Part shown: positions 61,501 through 64,000 of the stretch, one piece after another
Numbering within the stretch: the first letter of the stretch is position 1
Layout: every line of letters starts with the position of its first letter
Origin: an uncultured Clostridia bacterium
GTDB taxonomy: Bacteria > Bacillota > Clostridia > Christensenellales > UBA1242
Assembly: GCA_944381205.1 (NCBI GenBank)
Contig: CALWKG010000002.1
Coordinates: 20,464 to 84,463, forward strand
Direction of reading: 5' to 3'
DNA: 64,000 nt
Program-made: the position numbers and the translations under genes
The notes under the pieces: model-generated
What the model saw: the letters and a program-made list of their open reading frames with translations, nothing else
The model's database searches: none
Told to the model about the DNA's origin: nothing

Positions 61501-64000
61501 AGTTTGATAATTTTTATAGCCAACTTAGAATAGATAGAGAAACCTCAATGTTAACCTTCGAAGGTAGTGCAGATAGCCAGTCTAGTTTGATTACAAACTT
61601 TGGTAAGTTGACTCTTGGCAAAGGTGTAACTATTAGGAACGAGAACAGCAAAGGTGATTTTGGCGCAGTTACTAATTATGGTACATTAGTTATAGATGGA
61701 GCGAATCTTTACAATAATACGGCTATAAATGGTAGTGCTTTATATGTGGCAAGTGGCGAAGCAACAATTGAAAGCGGAGAATTTTATAATAATAGTGCTG
61801 TAAATGGTGGCGCAATATATGTAAATAGTAATGCAAAATTAACAATTAATGGTGGAAATATTGGTAGGTTTAACACCGGCACAGCAGAAGATTTAAGGAA
61901 TAAAGCCCAGTATGGTGGTGCAATATATGTTAGCGGTGGAGAACTCACACTAAATGGCGGTAATGTTTCTTATAATTATGCTGAAATCAATGGTGGTGGT
62001 ATATTTATAACATCAGGTTTGGATAATACGGGCAATACTTTTCGTGGTAAGATGGTTATGAATAGCGGACTGCTTGCAGGGGAAATGAGTTATGTTTCCC
62101 ATAACGAAGCAGGAGAATTTGGTGGTGGTATTTTTGTAGAAGATAATTTCTTACTAAATAAAGATTTTTATGATAGAGAAATAAATCTCATAATTAATGA
62201 TGGAAATATCGAAAACAATAAAGCATTAAATGGTGGTGGAGTGTATGTGGCAAACTTCCTCCTAGATGGTGACGATAAGCAGTATAATGGAGCGACTACT
62301 TTTGGTAGTGGAACAAATACAACTTACGTTTATGGTGTCGCAGTTGAGATAAATGGTGGTTCAATTTATAACAACAGTGTCCCTACTAATGATGAAGGTA
62401 TAAATGTAGGCTACGGTTATGGCGCCAATATGTATGTTCACGGTGGCGAAGTCGAAATGTACGACGGCTCTATACGTGGAAACGGGGCTAATACGTTCAT
62501 AGCAAAATTTGGTGGTGGCTTATATCTTAACGATGCAAAGTTTACTTTGTTTGGTGGTACTATTTCTGATAATGCTGTAACGCAAAAAGGAGCAGGTGTT
62601 TATGTAGATAAAACTTCTTACTTTACTTTACAATCTAGTAAAGAATCAGGTATTCTAAATAACTATGCTTATGTTAGCGGTGGCGGTATTTATCAAGAAA
62701 AAGGCGAAAGGAGTTTTGACGTAGGTAACGAAGGTGAGACAACTCTCATTAACTCATCAGGCAATATAGTACTTATATCTGGTACTATATCTGGTAATAG
62801 TATTAGCCCAATGGGTGCAGGTTTTGGACAGGGGATATACGTTGATGCTTCCGCACAAGAGTTTGTCTTGGGTAACAACGCAAATGAAGTATTATCTGTT
62901 GACCTTAATATAAAAGATTTGGTGTATTTAGCAAACGAAAGTATCATATTTATTAACGGCAAGTATAATCAAGAGTACACTCAAATAAACAATACAATTA
63001 CTATTGGTTCAAAATATATGGCAGATGATTATGTTCTAGAAGATGGTAGTAGAGCCATTATTGCCAGATATTCTAATAGTATCCCTAGTACAGATACAGT
63101 AAGTCTAGAAGCAAAATTATTCCGTGGTAGTGATTCTAATGGTGAAGCATATTGCTTTATTATGCACAATACTTATGATGTCGTTATTGGTAGAGCAAAT
63201 ATTGCAAAGCAAGTAGTAGGTGACCCATTTATTAGTTTCTACGAAACACTTGAAGGGGCATTAAATAGTGTTCATGATAGTAGAACGACTTACCTATATC
63301 TTTTGGTTACAGAGCAAGATGGATATAAACTAAAAATGGACTCTAACGCAGTGGTAAAAGGTGGTGTAAACATCACAGTCCTTTCGGGGTATACTAATGA
63401 AGAAAAGACCGAAGTTTACTCCAACGGATTAGACAACCCACTTAATGTCCATATTGGTAGTGTCAAAGGTGATATTATGACCTTTGAAGAAGATTCTACT
63501 GGTGTAGGGAATATCACATTTAGCAACATAAAAATCCTTGGTGATGGGCAGGAGTTAGAAAATGGTACAAGGCTATTTAATATAAAGGGTGCTAATTTTA
63601 CCTTGTCTGATGTTATTATAGATGGGATAAAAAGTAGTAGTACAAATGGCTCGTTGTTATATACTACAAAGGGAAATATCTTAATTAAAGGACAACTCGT
63701 TCCAAGAGATGGGACAACTGTAACAGTTGATGAAGAAGGCAACCAAGTCGGTGGAAAAGAAGGTATGCAAATTACAAATAGTTCTGGGGCTATGGGGCTT
63801 GTGTATGCCATAGGGACAAACACATACCTTACATTAGACGGCAAAGGTGTTTTGTTTAATTTGAATACTGCTTCTAGCGGTACTGTTGCAGTTGACGATG
63901 CAAACTTAGTTGTTAAAAATAATGTGGCATTTAAACAGAATTCGGCAAAATCTGGCGGTGCTTTATATCTTACCGGTGAACAAACTAATGTCGAGATACA
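34575..64000 (+). CDS. giant membrane-anchored mosaic surface protein (InlB B-repeat / Pmp-like beta-helix / BspA-LRR); at least 9,808 codons, 3' end outside window
   Basis: ATG 34575 lies 8 nt after AGGAGG (34561-34566), with an in-frame TAG at 34545 upstream. Hand translation at more than 10 positions from 34.6 kb to 63.96 kb stays in the same frame with no stop. The track lists no + strand ORF in this frame, which fits a frame that never closes inside the window. Every track ORF in this span is short and either antisense or out of frame. Confidence 0.93.
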   Translation, partial: MADDKNNLSNGGNNNEVQGTNKNVNAQGSKVPNSQSSGVPPIKAGSGVPPIKPSGVPPIKSGNGVPPIHTSNGNSTTGTTNESQKVESSSSSNVSNDAKKEKQSNNKSRKSKKIALVVILLALLACAGIVAGVFLAPAGEYTVRFEGWYTPVESQGVKGGEVLNLPVLEDVVNNKGEVVLKFEGWTYEDGREYIPSAVRSNFTLYAKYTAKDITSTFVMKNIYSERENQYIYLTSTTTKFFDESIELSSFVDEILNFENEEYVGFANVKEYNVQNFTIGAQINDVSINSMVDFIDKYFNLATFTVLGEEESFGAQDIMLTPMQDSVIVVDFIPKPDGITIIYDDNLESIKKDYIGSEDFDESDFNLPSHEVKVEYGMQNYVFPSFSEYWDINAPNHDFVGWSLIDPELDEEGNITNVNFGQGDSFVKIGDSVNIDRDFLNNGTQITLYGIWNQGTTNLLIYTDYNADASIDTSVSIGVSKPVGEWAEDELSVLQKEGFALVGFNTQPDGNGLRLNLDTAIEGGMDSEYYNKELGCIVLYAVYKKIVEETYIDINDDSVDAVLVDGMVKDSVAYDLKLEEGYKYEQTVEITFDEINRRFTITNLLVGAEISLPNFDRSNYSLNSFVINGNSYATGENGLVYTILENDIFRQTVELDAKWRGIDYEFNIIGYEGQNRIIPIEYGKSLSLQIDYEFLNNEGIVDIAVYNAESMAEIDSITFRRMGHTFNYFALSGEEISNSELSLFVVNRLFDEIVGDWTICEYDVSFILSGGQYLDRDDNLDYTSPYTISGVKFNTDISLISNYVTREGYNLMGWVTSADSEDVDYSYDKTTLTITNDLELYAVWQKANKITLLLDNLRSEEYVIYTDRNNYFVLTGEEFDGYKFDRFSASPTGEVYAKYFEANSDRQYYGLDTDIELYAMWAEVVFSAGENSAQYVQGGNVPESFYVTNDVFNVNIPEQNFVTTSYYKFDSWSMGGNIYTDTFDVNIDIVEETTYTPIQIEFEANFNYKDILVRVYSEEKGEQSTMISGYASFDEDRRVFTLSSYRFPSKTNHQIDYFYDEDSAVFVSSEASENKFIVFDIPDPDKEKMEYVEGSHFVYSIYTKWKYTLTFESNEGEIYQNAYRYVGATYTAEDSANVPLDSISQEITYTLPYGGETVGDVEGLGFVVDKRDFAYWTSEDVSETNQLIGGYTVTITKDSTFTAVWEGTNYLINIEDRDGVVVNNLVIEDISYGEEYKLFGGDNAIVNLGETRRQVTDEGNPNPYYKEVIRFVYEYTVLDGEEAGQMYRTELALDSVINFVTIEGGEVGGFIKEEDLEDDAITIYVEWAEVEYDIRVNLGSASWNVTQGEDLSKDFGAELRLDSATNEYYIMYTTTYNEVSSTGFNLAYLGLSLPRYRVNGFTGKSGDVVVTKTLDENQNLTGFVYTYEGHCSEFDKLDKTLTINWVEILTLSINFNGGSAGEEVQTTFVLDINNDNATFDVPEYNVTRNNSTFIGYYFGVENDYFKTNTQYNQYSETDGYVIDIDSLGLFSAGEQVIISRQNIIDYGNSTANSITIYAVYKAKGQFITDISENISGFYTPISETMVASTEKSFSVEFIVGVEIGLADLEKYHFVLENSEIYVQSGWEESNRVSVSQKIISQNFSLYAVWKQSEIQIYLKNYDGSNFETGVLNFSELSGRTINLNTKYLELANTGKLPELFGYNFVGWSSTLSGNLVNSASDKENLFDAINLYTIPATSSSVYAVYEKSDVKITYEPNAESGVVYDKITDSGLKFGDTYIVKDNINYTRRYFDLAGFALTPDSSEAIDGSLILNNDLKQYFTTTTENGRVIYSLNLYAVWTRQVKEITINLNGGTFYNNGIDGSLSAFYDATTSDNIQALVINSSNVIIRAYVGIEDTYNLLVPTGDYFARDGYVFEKIIVEGSDGETDLTGGNIPCRDTNSLTIIVNWLEVINVRIYANRNNNDEEFITLPIVYGNILDFDAGQKQIYNYNTQETYEIEFAKDYYLLSSFNSARNAGVTYDGNINLTWDSFINSNGYINIYCQWLGEEYAIVINANDSEIETIPETVINLDKENNDFRYGQSIRLGDYYSNTTRADGDSGYVFKYIEDEFGNQYDIATSEFNPEILGVALQDTYVFNVVWDTREFEVTYNFGAGTYTDEEGIEHSSITQTHKYKEEVQLLAVNDENTKHSEDKGEGRVHNLYHVSGFTSENIDLSGNSFIMPSEDITLNVVWESSEIKILIDATGSLFDSENVKGEGHYEGVEIENVSYEGENNTTLILSGLKMGDSVDFAKLPLPVNEGYTPGYYFLSGYVPGEEYDPTTDSYQVLKVDDVIDINDSILSQEILNLDDYYDEQRQAFVLYFSTYWSADSYMIMYMPMVPKIENGYSVDASSVISGMESLYKQVTFGSATTLAGPMTLNGWEQIGWTLSLDYEHAFDDGNVFYYGSELGNDTNNQVDEIARVYEFELDENGQVKLYPIWQQKQYMITFRDSEQNDNILVNNVGYSNYDVSYLYDSTDTLSNLLSKNNVTFKDYSFKDVYSIPTTLKYVSSDGTEMVIDFEDTLKFCLAPSGFINGDDFNSDSVVIEIVYEEVSYEINFVLQGGILEYNSSKLASNYEENTGYTLVGEVLYSDLVEGFNVDDFFDVQEDLITKEGENVIYTFAGWALKDDTTKLVILKGVDDFKFVVDGDVEEILKPNENGEFDYVFEFYAIYNDKIVVIDSGDGYVINPNQETIINEQVWIAQEFNIYTYAYLGEIIDITVDLYRLSARENYHVAVATEDEKYTVQDNDEANYKYVPWEGNTRYIVLDSATDGQTLVVDEGFVKDNFEILTQDGNYYGYLPSSASEGNYAFIYDKITDESSFDLYDSNISYEEDTQFYQLLDNRALLIKTRYGEVINDISKVSIENISQEVTFRGFGDEYGVYFNSPLNVRGNDGEIIYLKAIYETNIIVSFDLNGGIYNSNNFIEARISAKDEGGKYIMIPRTSSDAAGIGPYYWGYDFLGWSTFKNYEEYVDNGSNPDSLIVPEENEKKQYIDDLVQEGTYEITLYAIWSPRETDFIFENRTSPNDEIALTGNNAVKFTITVKYGESFNLPTIGYGDYGEIINNWTSTTNPNNVFIGFMMYDGKNVAVNYEQNQEYILRSDRDFKSYKEDATRENTPQEIRVYTRWAQPDVTVKIYLGQGSTTTYKYFGDNNKIEKSGNWVYLKDYTYNGANYPIPNLDDFYLENKYASALYYSSDFSEINRVPIENGSLLVDEAHTSGGVLSLYIKWEDADSYIRNFYGNFNKYFGTLNNALLNVSEISLTEASSLSSYEAAIKARKSVEVVLLNTRSTFEISQEIKIGDSNGQNGLDVSISLDINDVKSSKTITRNNSYTGVVFNLGKNSSLTFNSLISYRLILSGNNSSADSFIKANGADIVLNNGVEITRMTTDASFVSGENISGAIEIIDGSISLYGNTLTDNRIISNIAKDVYGGVIRAINSVVNIDSCSFSGNSVNSNNSAYGGAISVENGTLNITNTNFSNNVSHTLSADEGFAGYGGAIYVFASTFNLRMKDGYLFTQNEAEIGGAIAISGAEGQIGHAEFDLPMMKYNYAVRNGGAIFVEYSDIELRNVDIEQNGILNASSKEYTLNGGAIYGGVKSNILITINFENLGSVEGSNNIFGYGQGVISSNVALNGGAIYSEGSSLRIEGTTFMGNNYSELISVESGGKGGTIYAKGSEDDVNEVQLVLTTITFSRAMYGGGIYIDEGANISSETTKELYDDLKRREEAYENGEEDAPIVRIDDYIEIGSVIKQNSARYGGGIYYNSSNEESSLEFMSIALNSEDPFADNNNGLASQIGGGVYIAGGQISFNQSTYIYQNKAISGGGVYVGASQEQSGDTEGGTDEGNGEITTLVEEEPTITAKAVFDGVWFLYELVQVIGNSGNIEEKLDELEVYLNGNPVPEYNSQKKIVETELPKLIQALDNLIQSEGISNEHTQRLNNIKTNLQGYMQNGTYSKLEDEDFENARDLLDETLEILAEIESQEIGSETAEKVSAVRSQINTYTTELMLLKASIFYDSYKEMLEDVGVGGDESVDSYGNIANNGGAVYVGKGGYANFKSGRNGATKMNGKGYGEHVYNEGVVEYGEFNAETSPDSNDGRVYQIYNSGTFDIYGDGRIKAMPRVMIEKNEDGTAYDYITISNETYDSIYRFDILFTDTAYLMGTPVVLFETESAFNYYLARVETLPSDYALFNVVDPTVILVPDEKQHALVLRYRSYEIRFYDISEDSDSVITPTANLFTYDDYATEALIDELNSYNIKREGYDFIGWAYYVLDEGGIPSTYDDDIAVEYTGEKGIEVADLVGKEIAGQMFFPIENLLEIDNGMFRLPAHHIYLYAMWKPQIYTIYYEYDTVYDGNTSDGYKIHGASIKDNELLPLSSQVQYNSTYYIINEQDINRVQLVNYEAITVVSKDTQTNIITRISDSLKNEYDVHYDEVTQKYYYDTSMYRYYIESETSAYRVYTTGDEALDKNMFIYENAQDLYPTSVKLSADGEPIAVKQDVTGKYVLIDGVRYDVRAMFRPDNYIFDHIEISGSKYYSLEDAFPISKDNPFALSDTVNREVYITLYFKRMSMGVSFMLDENSTEPMFTLDRYVGANIVLPEDNIISYDDVEYVFYKEGCVLTGFVDENGSKYDLGSTYVVEETTSGLHTLTAVWQDATCYIKGALRDSFGVKYNKYYLTLEDALEDINSGSLFGLSEYELYLMDTNKEDTANSVFELNETLVVNSNLLIMTDNSSNSDFEIVYSDSFDVNSPMFRVQSGKLTLGTSSRKVTINGDRERGTTSAVIVEKDGTLQLSSNSRVINNVVMDSSTNYGGALTVYGYARVIGAQFYNNQSYNGGAIYIAEKGNVVLEADTSNNSAILFAPNDQNSSGQGSKLGNVATNNGGAIYVSSGGALSVSGTKEITISNGTATNNGGAIYLASGFGEVSLNNIVFSENSATNGGAVYIDGNYTLDKNIEFLNNTAGSAGGAVYATANLTVSSSGVAFRSNSAMKGGAIASYEYLSITDGQFIGNRAEGGEGGAIYAENQVFISGNTIIGNSSNGNSANFGGAISVLNGSLTISGENVNISYNTAFFGGAIYAQMSSVSIDENTTISDNKTDTSSQDETGRIVGGGAVYLSSSSLYLKGQLSYNFAVNGGAVFAEGVSNIVLDGKASIYENESTISGAGLFVSNNSSLEILSDDVTITQNISSQNGGGIFYSSDVNSVLTNGHIYGNEINSNAEIAQGKEIYLSDGKSLTLNGIIVGEEDSVRPNVIDEYDINVMSNSTLYNYGSNINGAVYVEGIKDSSKRGALFIRGNAYIRDIFLKQYSYVVVEGLLTSNKIIDEGQTININFLYFMEDDPLKTPNETKIVRFNNISELNQNSKAFYLVREEGSALEGYCINNVIEDNYAWFVLREIAKVMYIDPNGGVIELNGQTAGAGEENEILAIDLPSYDSMSFLDEIIGHKVGYELSNTFLDRDSKKYYTSSEALPIYILTLIAQWSPKEYEVQVIRNGDNGTTTEQFGMKYEDSTSLPKASLSYNTFAGWRVGYMENGELVMSKNVVLGANSSFSLKDISTKYGQEGKDIFEKIDSWNGVVYLVSEFTPVMVEVIIHSNGGERSEISGGEDGDIVKEEFGDGWRYLVPQSQMYLNYNDFVEDFTRQDATGDYGYAVNGLFTGNDGIFEEAYEIMYNFDNPSIPIYNITSLELYCSWQRVVAYIRKTLSDDDAGNRIIYYDDINKAVNDLTINDELVIVARNINVSKTIEFKVDANVFIRGDVSINRQKGFNGYLLSISSQVVFVLEGDGSLVINGNSNERNDDESPNMNYAGLSTDGAIKIASSGTLKLDEFVTIKNNYSKTNGAGINSQGNLVVNGAKFNNNKTVLNGGAIYAEGGLTLQNATITNSSANANGGAIYVESGVISIENSIISNNTAKNGAGLYYNSSIASTISGGEFTNNVTANAGYGGGIYIAKDAGALILKGMIKISSNNATYGGGIYIDGTRSGSAEYHLSLDGVEITNNTATYGGGIQVGDFADALNRQVVVFNSGTITNNTATYGGGVGIIRGTFRINDGEISLNNSTNGSEIYVSYMSNIAFGTLEILGGAVGKDGSNSTILVNGKNSSLSVSGEYQINSKVQLLNEAKINVTDVISSRSSVIVLETMKNTANGLSENLPPKGESLVVVSFAYLVDVQFDKFDIVEDLKNRGQNSYRLAVDDSDIVLCEAIFELTINANDGDISVSDGLVYEQVDDTIILDVYYTTVLNEILNQVSAYRENKFFLGYYMIVEDEEVEIFDEMPYSDLEIFVKWSMDYYTLTIDINDTRSESGIKAEFDESLANFEEGESYDETNRKININVYVDSEGTTYGQDALDRITALLSRENYTIYGFGTSQMTTSAVGDSFVMPEANTTLYVLWQGINYTVTYVNNSPNSSDIEQTVERTYVFDNQVMVADDSTFAVAGYTLSGWSLERNGELLYQAGQNAYNLIEDGIGYTLYAVWTPIKYEVIYNSNMAGNVEGEIENDLFTYGVNETLTSERYTTIGYTQVGWSLSPDTDSANTDEYYSFEGSLNVISLTTESEVVMYAVWKANSYIVNIHQNGVEGSSVVSQVSFEYNVEETLPLASTLFGISNNYFAGWSLNPYDDATSATYDFEDGAVVFNLTDSGEIDLYPIWIAKQVIVHSNTGDEQSFAFYITANNTVEINKQDLASMVSLPGFEIGYLSTNAIVDSGTKVTFDGYDVAYILMDNYDSLDLYIAWSAIQYEFKFVVGGSEHSEYISQIKSTKPLDSGNTYSEYSDNHKITMYDSLLPTMEIYGWSADPSQATIDFNLGEEVDLDKEFFTAFDGKQDLSLTTITLYGVLSPNYNITYDLNTDDNIIIGSSTDITGINNASTGEQSINSPVSLIYKDYHGNVWEIATVDYESSEARYAYFLGWSLDSETTEPEYVPNTEVEDRFSGDITLYAVWGYYTNPFYFSYEDVDTGVAINGISDLGLNNIDSNVVLPKHTLVAQDGTLVYGKDIVEIRQSQNDIENISTIDFKYSNISQLSTLAFNKYTSLTALVNVPQTINIDAGALSATNLEEVVFEETDNNRYFVDNRGNVYLISGANVTLIAMLVKNSANKISIGGQVSNGESSYLVSSIAKYALYGTSFEEVEVLPEVASISVGAFANINSIKSITLPYLGTAVGENVKLSDLFEVISASLEEITITEENTVYNEAFKDQTNIKTVIYPQGIISIGVDAFSNCTSLISISKDGSGVDLSQTTNIMDRAFYNCYSLTDSISLPLVVSLGDSCFTNAGISEVKLSRNAQTFGMSSNGELYTAFNGAINLTSAYIYSTYAFEAVINNTGIIGGENRQGTIYTDVNFYLVLNNLSDASLKEKYFSYNIVVYDRVEIVRNNEVAGYFNTLEEAVESSLSNDVIVIKSDLEITNPIVIDKPITIYAGFTEIDPNDDAFIYADSRVGVTLNVSDDIAGQEIFTIKNTNVTIGKMISSSSISEGYTDGVLKITTNTDRNASLFVVQSSNLVLGKGIEIYNFKSSLTGMVNGSVLNIQSGSSVTMEGGKIYNNSANLGGAIYVNDGYFSVENGVIENNIATFGGAMYVTGQGRIEISESEETLINNNTATFGGAIYVATTILDESYATLVSGGNIFNNTATSGAGVYVSQGVFSINGSSASIYANTAKDSGGGVYVSQGAFIMRAGNIGLETQGNTALNGGGVYVASNGTILMNDSLANISYNSAYYGGNLYFASSLTQKGMESTLSAGTISSANSSMMIDEEYLGGGIYVESGNLNLSSSIIIAQNNATLGGGVYIEEGNLSIINMDSIGGIISNKAQSGGGVYIYDGIVTIKAGNISQNTASSNGGGVYVFRGELKSSTSSTVTNLSQNTASNGAGLYFDTLAIATIDNFNIMQNTANSEQEGNGNGGGVYIAGGTITIKNSRINENSAINGGGLYIPNVQAGLQFAIYDNAQISSNSATNNGGGLFVDRSLTLTQGLISANRANLGGQIYVGVNALLSLDRVEVTTQDSSEENYTMGVYLAQGASKKAFSINHNTNIHRADTFVYLNQGNIVYVLDSASTDNQVKLYISTPIGNNQVKVAEFERKDYASAGRFYAPLTAFTQLEKSIYAVVASVIAIEDEVNLEEQNYATLKDAVELCLNNSTLMIIKNQEIIGSDSNNSTVVTIPKNKTITIISQDGSMITRGDEGEGILFGGYLITVFGTLNLNSQSITSTPLIIDGKNATNCASLIYVGNTGVLNIYDNVQIKNNIASAQGAGLFNPNINDRISNQNSDYGGAIYVSGGQVYMRGGSIYGNTARNGGAVYVASGRFEMIGGNIGGTTDGEDNTANNNGGGVFIESGNLVIRGGTITGNKATNGGGIYAGATASVNISGVQVGGVQIISNTATENGGGLYFASSSGTNAYYMTNTYIANNTAVNGGGLYVSSGIVEIGSLNAQTEDEFRQNTATNGGAIYVALDGQIVVYNANIVGNSASANGGGVYFSNTSNRNTSLLYNTTIGVSGQGNNATNGGGIYISSGMLRVEGENTDEEFTCFVAYNTAESGGGIYVAQDGFIEIRNVAISSNSADNGGGLYVNTTREADLTGALVSNNIANSNGGGIYSLAGNITFISVAGGQDDGIYNNSAINGAGVYVAGGYALFESAIIQDNTASAYGGGMYVNGGNVEMLSSAVMNNLITANLKDGQGIHYAGGNVTLFGENNISNPLDNSEGNERSGSILIEGETTLENSFKISGSISFIYDMFYLVERDSWINTYENDREALTNMAFTRGQNASATILIKVNTNKLEGDRVIKFTASSIIKNNLLEVVQIDINSHRMLVQGEGEDADFIVLERQFFQLVLPNKNDPEVAEIVAAFVTLTDAINSLEDYRQSLPEGYDKGFLILANFDENDAIYINSAINSNKHYDLTDEDSDLYNKITITPIVPGAVLNREESVNDIVMFNTFSYDEIYIGFNSEFDNFYSQLRIDRETSMLTFEGSADSQSSLITNFGKLTLGKGVTIRNENSKGDFGAVTNYGTLVIDGANLYNNTAINGSALYVASGEATIESGEFYNNSAVNGGAIYVNSNAKLTINGGNIGRFNTGTAEDLRNKAQYGGAIYVSGGELTLNGGNVSYNYAEINGGGIFITSGLDNTGNTFRGKMVMNSGLLAGEMSYVSHNEAGEFGGGIFVEDNFLLNKDFYDREINLIINDGNIENNKALNGGGVYVANFLLDGDDKQYNGATTFGSGTNTTYVYGVAVEINGGSIYNNSVPTNDEGINVGYGYGANMYVHGGEVEMYDGSIRGNGANTFIAKFGGGLYLNDAKFTLFGGTISDNAVTQKGAGVYVDKTSYFTLQSSKESGILNNYAYVSGGGIYQEKGERSFDVGNEGETTLINSSGNIVLISGTISGNSISPMGAGFGQGIYVDASAQEFVLGNNANEVLSVDLNIKDLVYLANESIIFINGKYNQEYTQINNTITIGSKYMADDYVLEDGSRAIIARYSNSIPSTDTVSLEAKLFRGSDSNGEAYCFIMHNTYDVVIGRANIAKQVVGDPFISFYETLEGALNSVHDSRTTYLYLLVTEQDGYKLKMDSNAVVKGGVNITVLSGYTNEEKTEVYSNGLDNPLNVHIGSVKGDIMTFEEDSTGVGNITFSNIKILGDGQELENGTRLFNIKGANFTLSDVIIDGIKSSSTNGSLLYTTKGNILIKGQLVPRDGTTVTVDEEGNQVGGKEGMQITNSSGAMGLVYAIGTNTYLTLDGKGVLFNLNTASSGTVAVDDANLVVKNNVAFKQNSAKSGGALYLTGEQTNVEI
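34683..34781 (+). repeat. four tandem SGVPPIK-type repeats in the cytoplasmic N-terminal tail
   Basis: SGVPPIKAG / SGVPPIKP / SGVPPIKSG / NGVPPIH. Confidence 0.85.
34914..34982 (+). other. single TM helix (signal anchor) of the giant protein
   Basis: IALVVILLALLACAGIVAGVFLA (aa 114-136), preceded by the basic stretch KSRKSKK. Confidence 0.8.
34989..44390 (+). repeat. array 1 of Listeria-Bacteroides (Flg_new / InlB B-repeat) type domains, about 26 units
   Basis: A 90-100 codon unit recurs and ends in aromatic-GW...LYA[VI]W type motifs. Examples: FEGWTYEDG..TLYAKY, FVGWSL..TLYGIW, LELYAVWQK, IELYAMWAE, FSLYAVWKQ, LNLYAVWTR, ITLYAIWSP. Confidence 0.75.
44400..46250 (+). repeat. beta-helix module 1 (cap KYFGTLNNALLNV, then about 12 GGxIY coils)
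   Basis: YGGAISVENG..FSNN, YGGAIYVF, IGGAIAI, NGGAIFVE, NGGAIYGG, NGGAIYSE, YGGGIYID, SGGGVYVG. These show the GGAI / FxxN spacing of Pmp-type repeats. Confidence 0.75.
46290..46790 (+). other. Gly-poor, Glu/Leu-rich predicted helical insert
   Basis: WFLYELVQVIGNSGNIEEKLDELEVYL...LPKLIQALDNLIQSEG...ENARDLLDETLEILAEIESQEIGSETAEKVSAVRSQINTYTTELMLLKA. Confidence 0.5.
47330..48660 (+). repeat. array 2 of Flg_new-type domains (about 4 units)
   Basis: YEIRFYD..GYDFIGWAYY..IYLYAMWKP; ITLYFKR; CVLTGFVDENG..TLTAVWQD. Confidence 0.65.
48690..50880 (+). repeat. beta-helix module 2 (cap YYLTLEDALEDI)
   Basis: YGGALTVY, NGGAIYIA, NGGAIYVS, NGGAIYLA, NGGAVYID, AGGAVYAT, KGGAIAS, FGGAIS, FGGAIYAQ, NGGAVFAE, NGGGIFYS. 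Confidence 0.75.
50880..51770 (+). repeat. array 3 of Flg_new-type domains (about 3 units)
   Basis: MYIDPNGG..GYELSN..ILTLIAQWSP; FAGWRVGY; LELYCSWQR. Confidence 0.6.
51780..53280 (+). repeat. beta-helix module 3 (cap IIYYDDINKAVNDL)
   Basis: NGGAIYAEG, NGGAIYVES, NGAGLYYN, YGGGIYIA, YGGGIYID, YGGGIQVG, YGGGVGII. Confidence 0.7.
53280..55500 (+). repeat. array 4 of Flg_new-type domains (about 8 units, the most canonical)
   Basis: YTVTYVNN..GYTLSGWSLERNG..YTLYAVWTP; YEVIYNSN..GYTQVGWSLSPD..VVMYAVWKA; YFAGWSLNP..IDLYPIWIA; LDLYIAWSA; ITLYAVWGY. Confidence 0.8.
55690..56560 (+). repeat. BspA-type leucine-rich repeat block (LRR_5-like)
   Basis: IDFKYSNISQLSTLAFNKYTSLTALVNVPQTINIDAGALSATNLEEVVFE ... 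VIYPQGIISIGVDAFSNCTSLISIS ... IMDRAFYNCYSLTDSISLPLVVSLGDSCFTNAGISEVKL. Confidence 0.7.
56770..58980 (+). repeat. beta-helix module 4 (cap GYFNTLEEAVESS)
   Basis: About 16 coils, including LGGAIYVN, FGGAMYVT, FGGAIYVA, SGAGVYVS, SGGGVYVS, NGGGVYVA, LGGGIYVE, LGGGVYIE, SGGGVYIY, NGGGVYVF, NGGGLYIP, NGGGLFVD. Confidence 0.75.
58990..61140 (+). repeat. beta-helix module 5 (cap NYATLKDAVELC)
   Basis: YGGAIYVSGG, NGGAVYVASG, NGGGVFIESG, NGGGIYAGA, NGGGLYFAS, NGGGLYVSSG, NGGAIYVAL, NGGGVYFSN, NGGGIYISSG, SGGGIYVAQ, NGGGLYVNT, YGGGMYVNGG. Confidence 0.75.
61150..63190 (+). repeat. beta-helix module 6 (cap AAFVTLTDAINSL)
   Basis: NGSALYVASG, NGGAIYVNS, YGGAIYVSGG, NGGGIFITSG, FGGGIFVED, NGGGVYVAN, FGGGLYLND, KGAGVYVDK, SGGGIYQEK. 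Confidence 0.7.
63200..64000 (+). repeat. beta-helix module 7, truncated by the window end (cap ISFYETLEGALNSV)
   Basis: The cap motif sits near 63240. SGGALYLTGEQTNVEI is the last readable peptide, and the frame is still open. Confidence 0.65.

Noticed and set aside
34572-63844. All minus-strand track ORFs inside the giant gene (34572..34826, 36108..36329, 37464..37931, 38979..39194, 41329..41532, 42167..42394, 42847..43095, 44750..44968, 51827..52066, 53520..53717, 59358..59783, 62693..62962, 63416..63844).
   Set aside because: They are short antisense shadow frames of a continuous sense ORF. Their peptides are low-complexity (Ile/Thr/Ser/Pro runs from antisense GGTGGT/AAT codons) and they have no SD.
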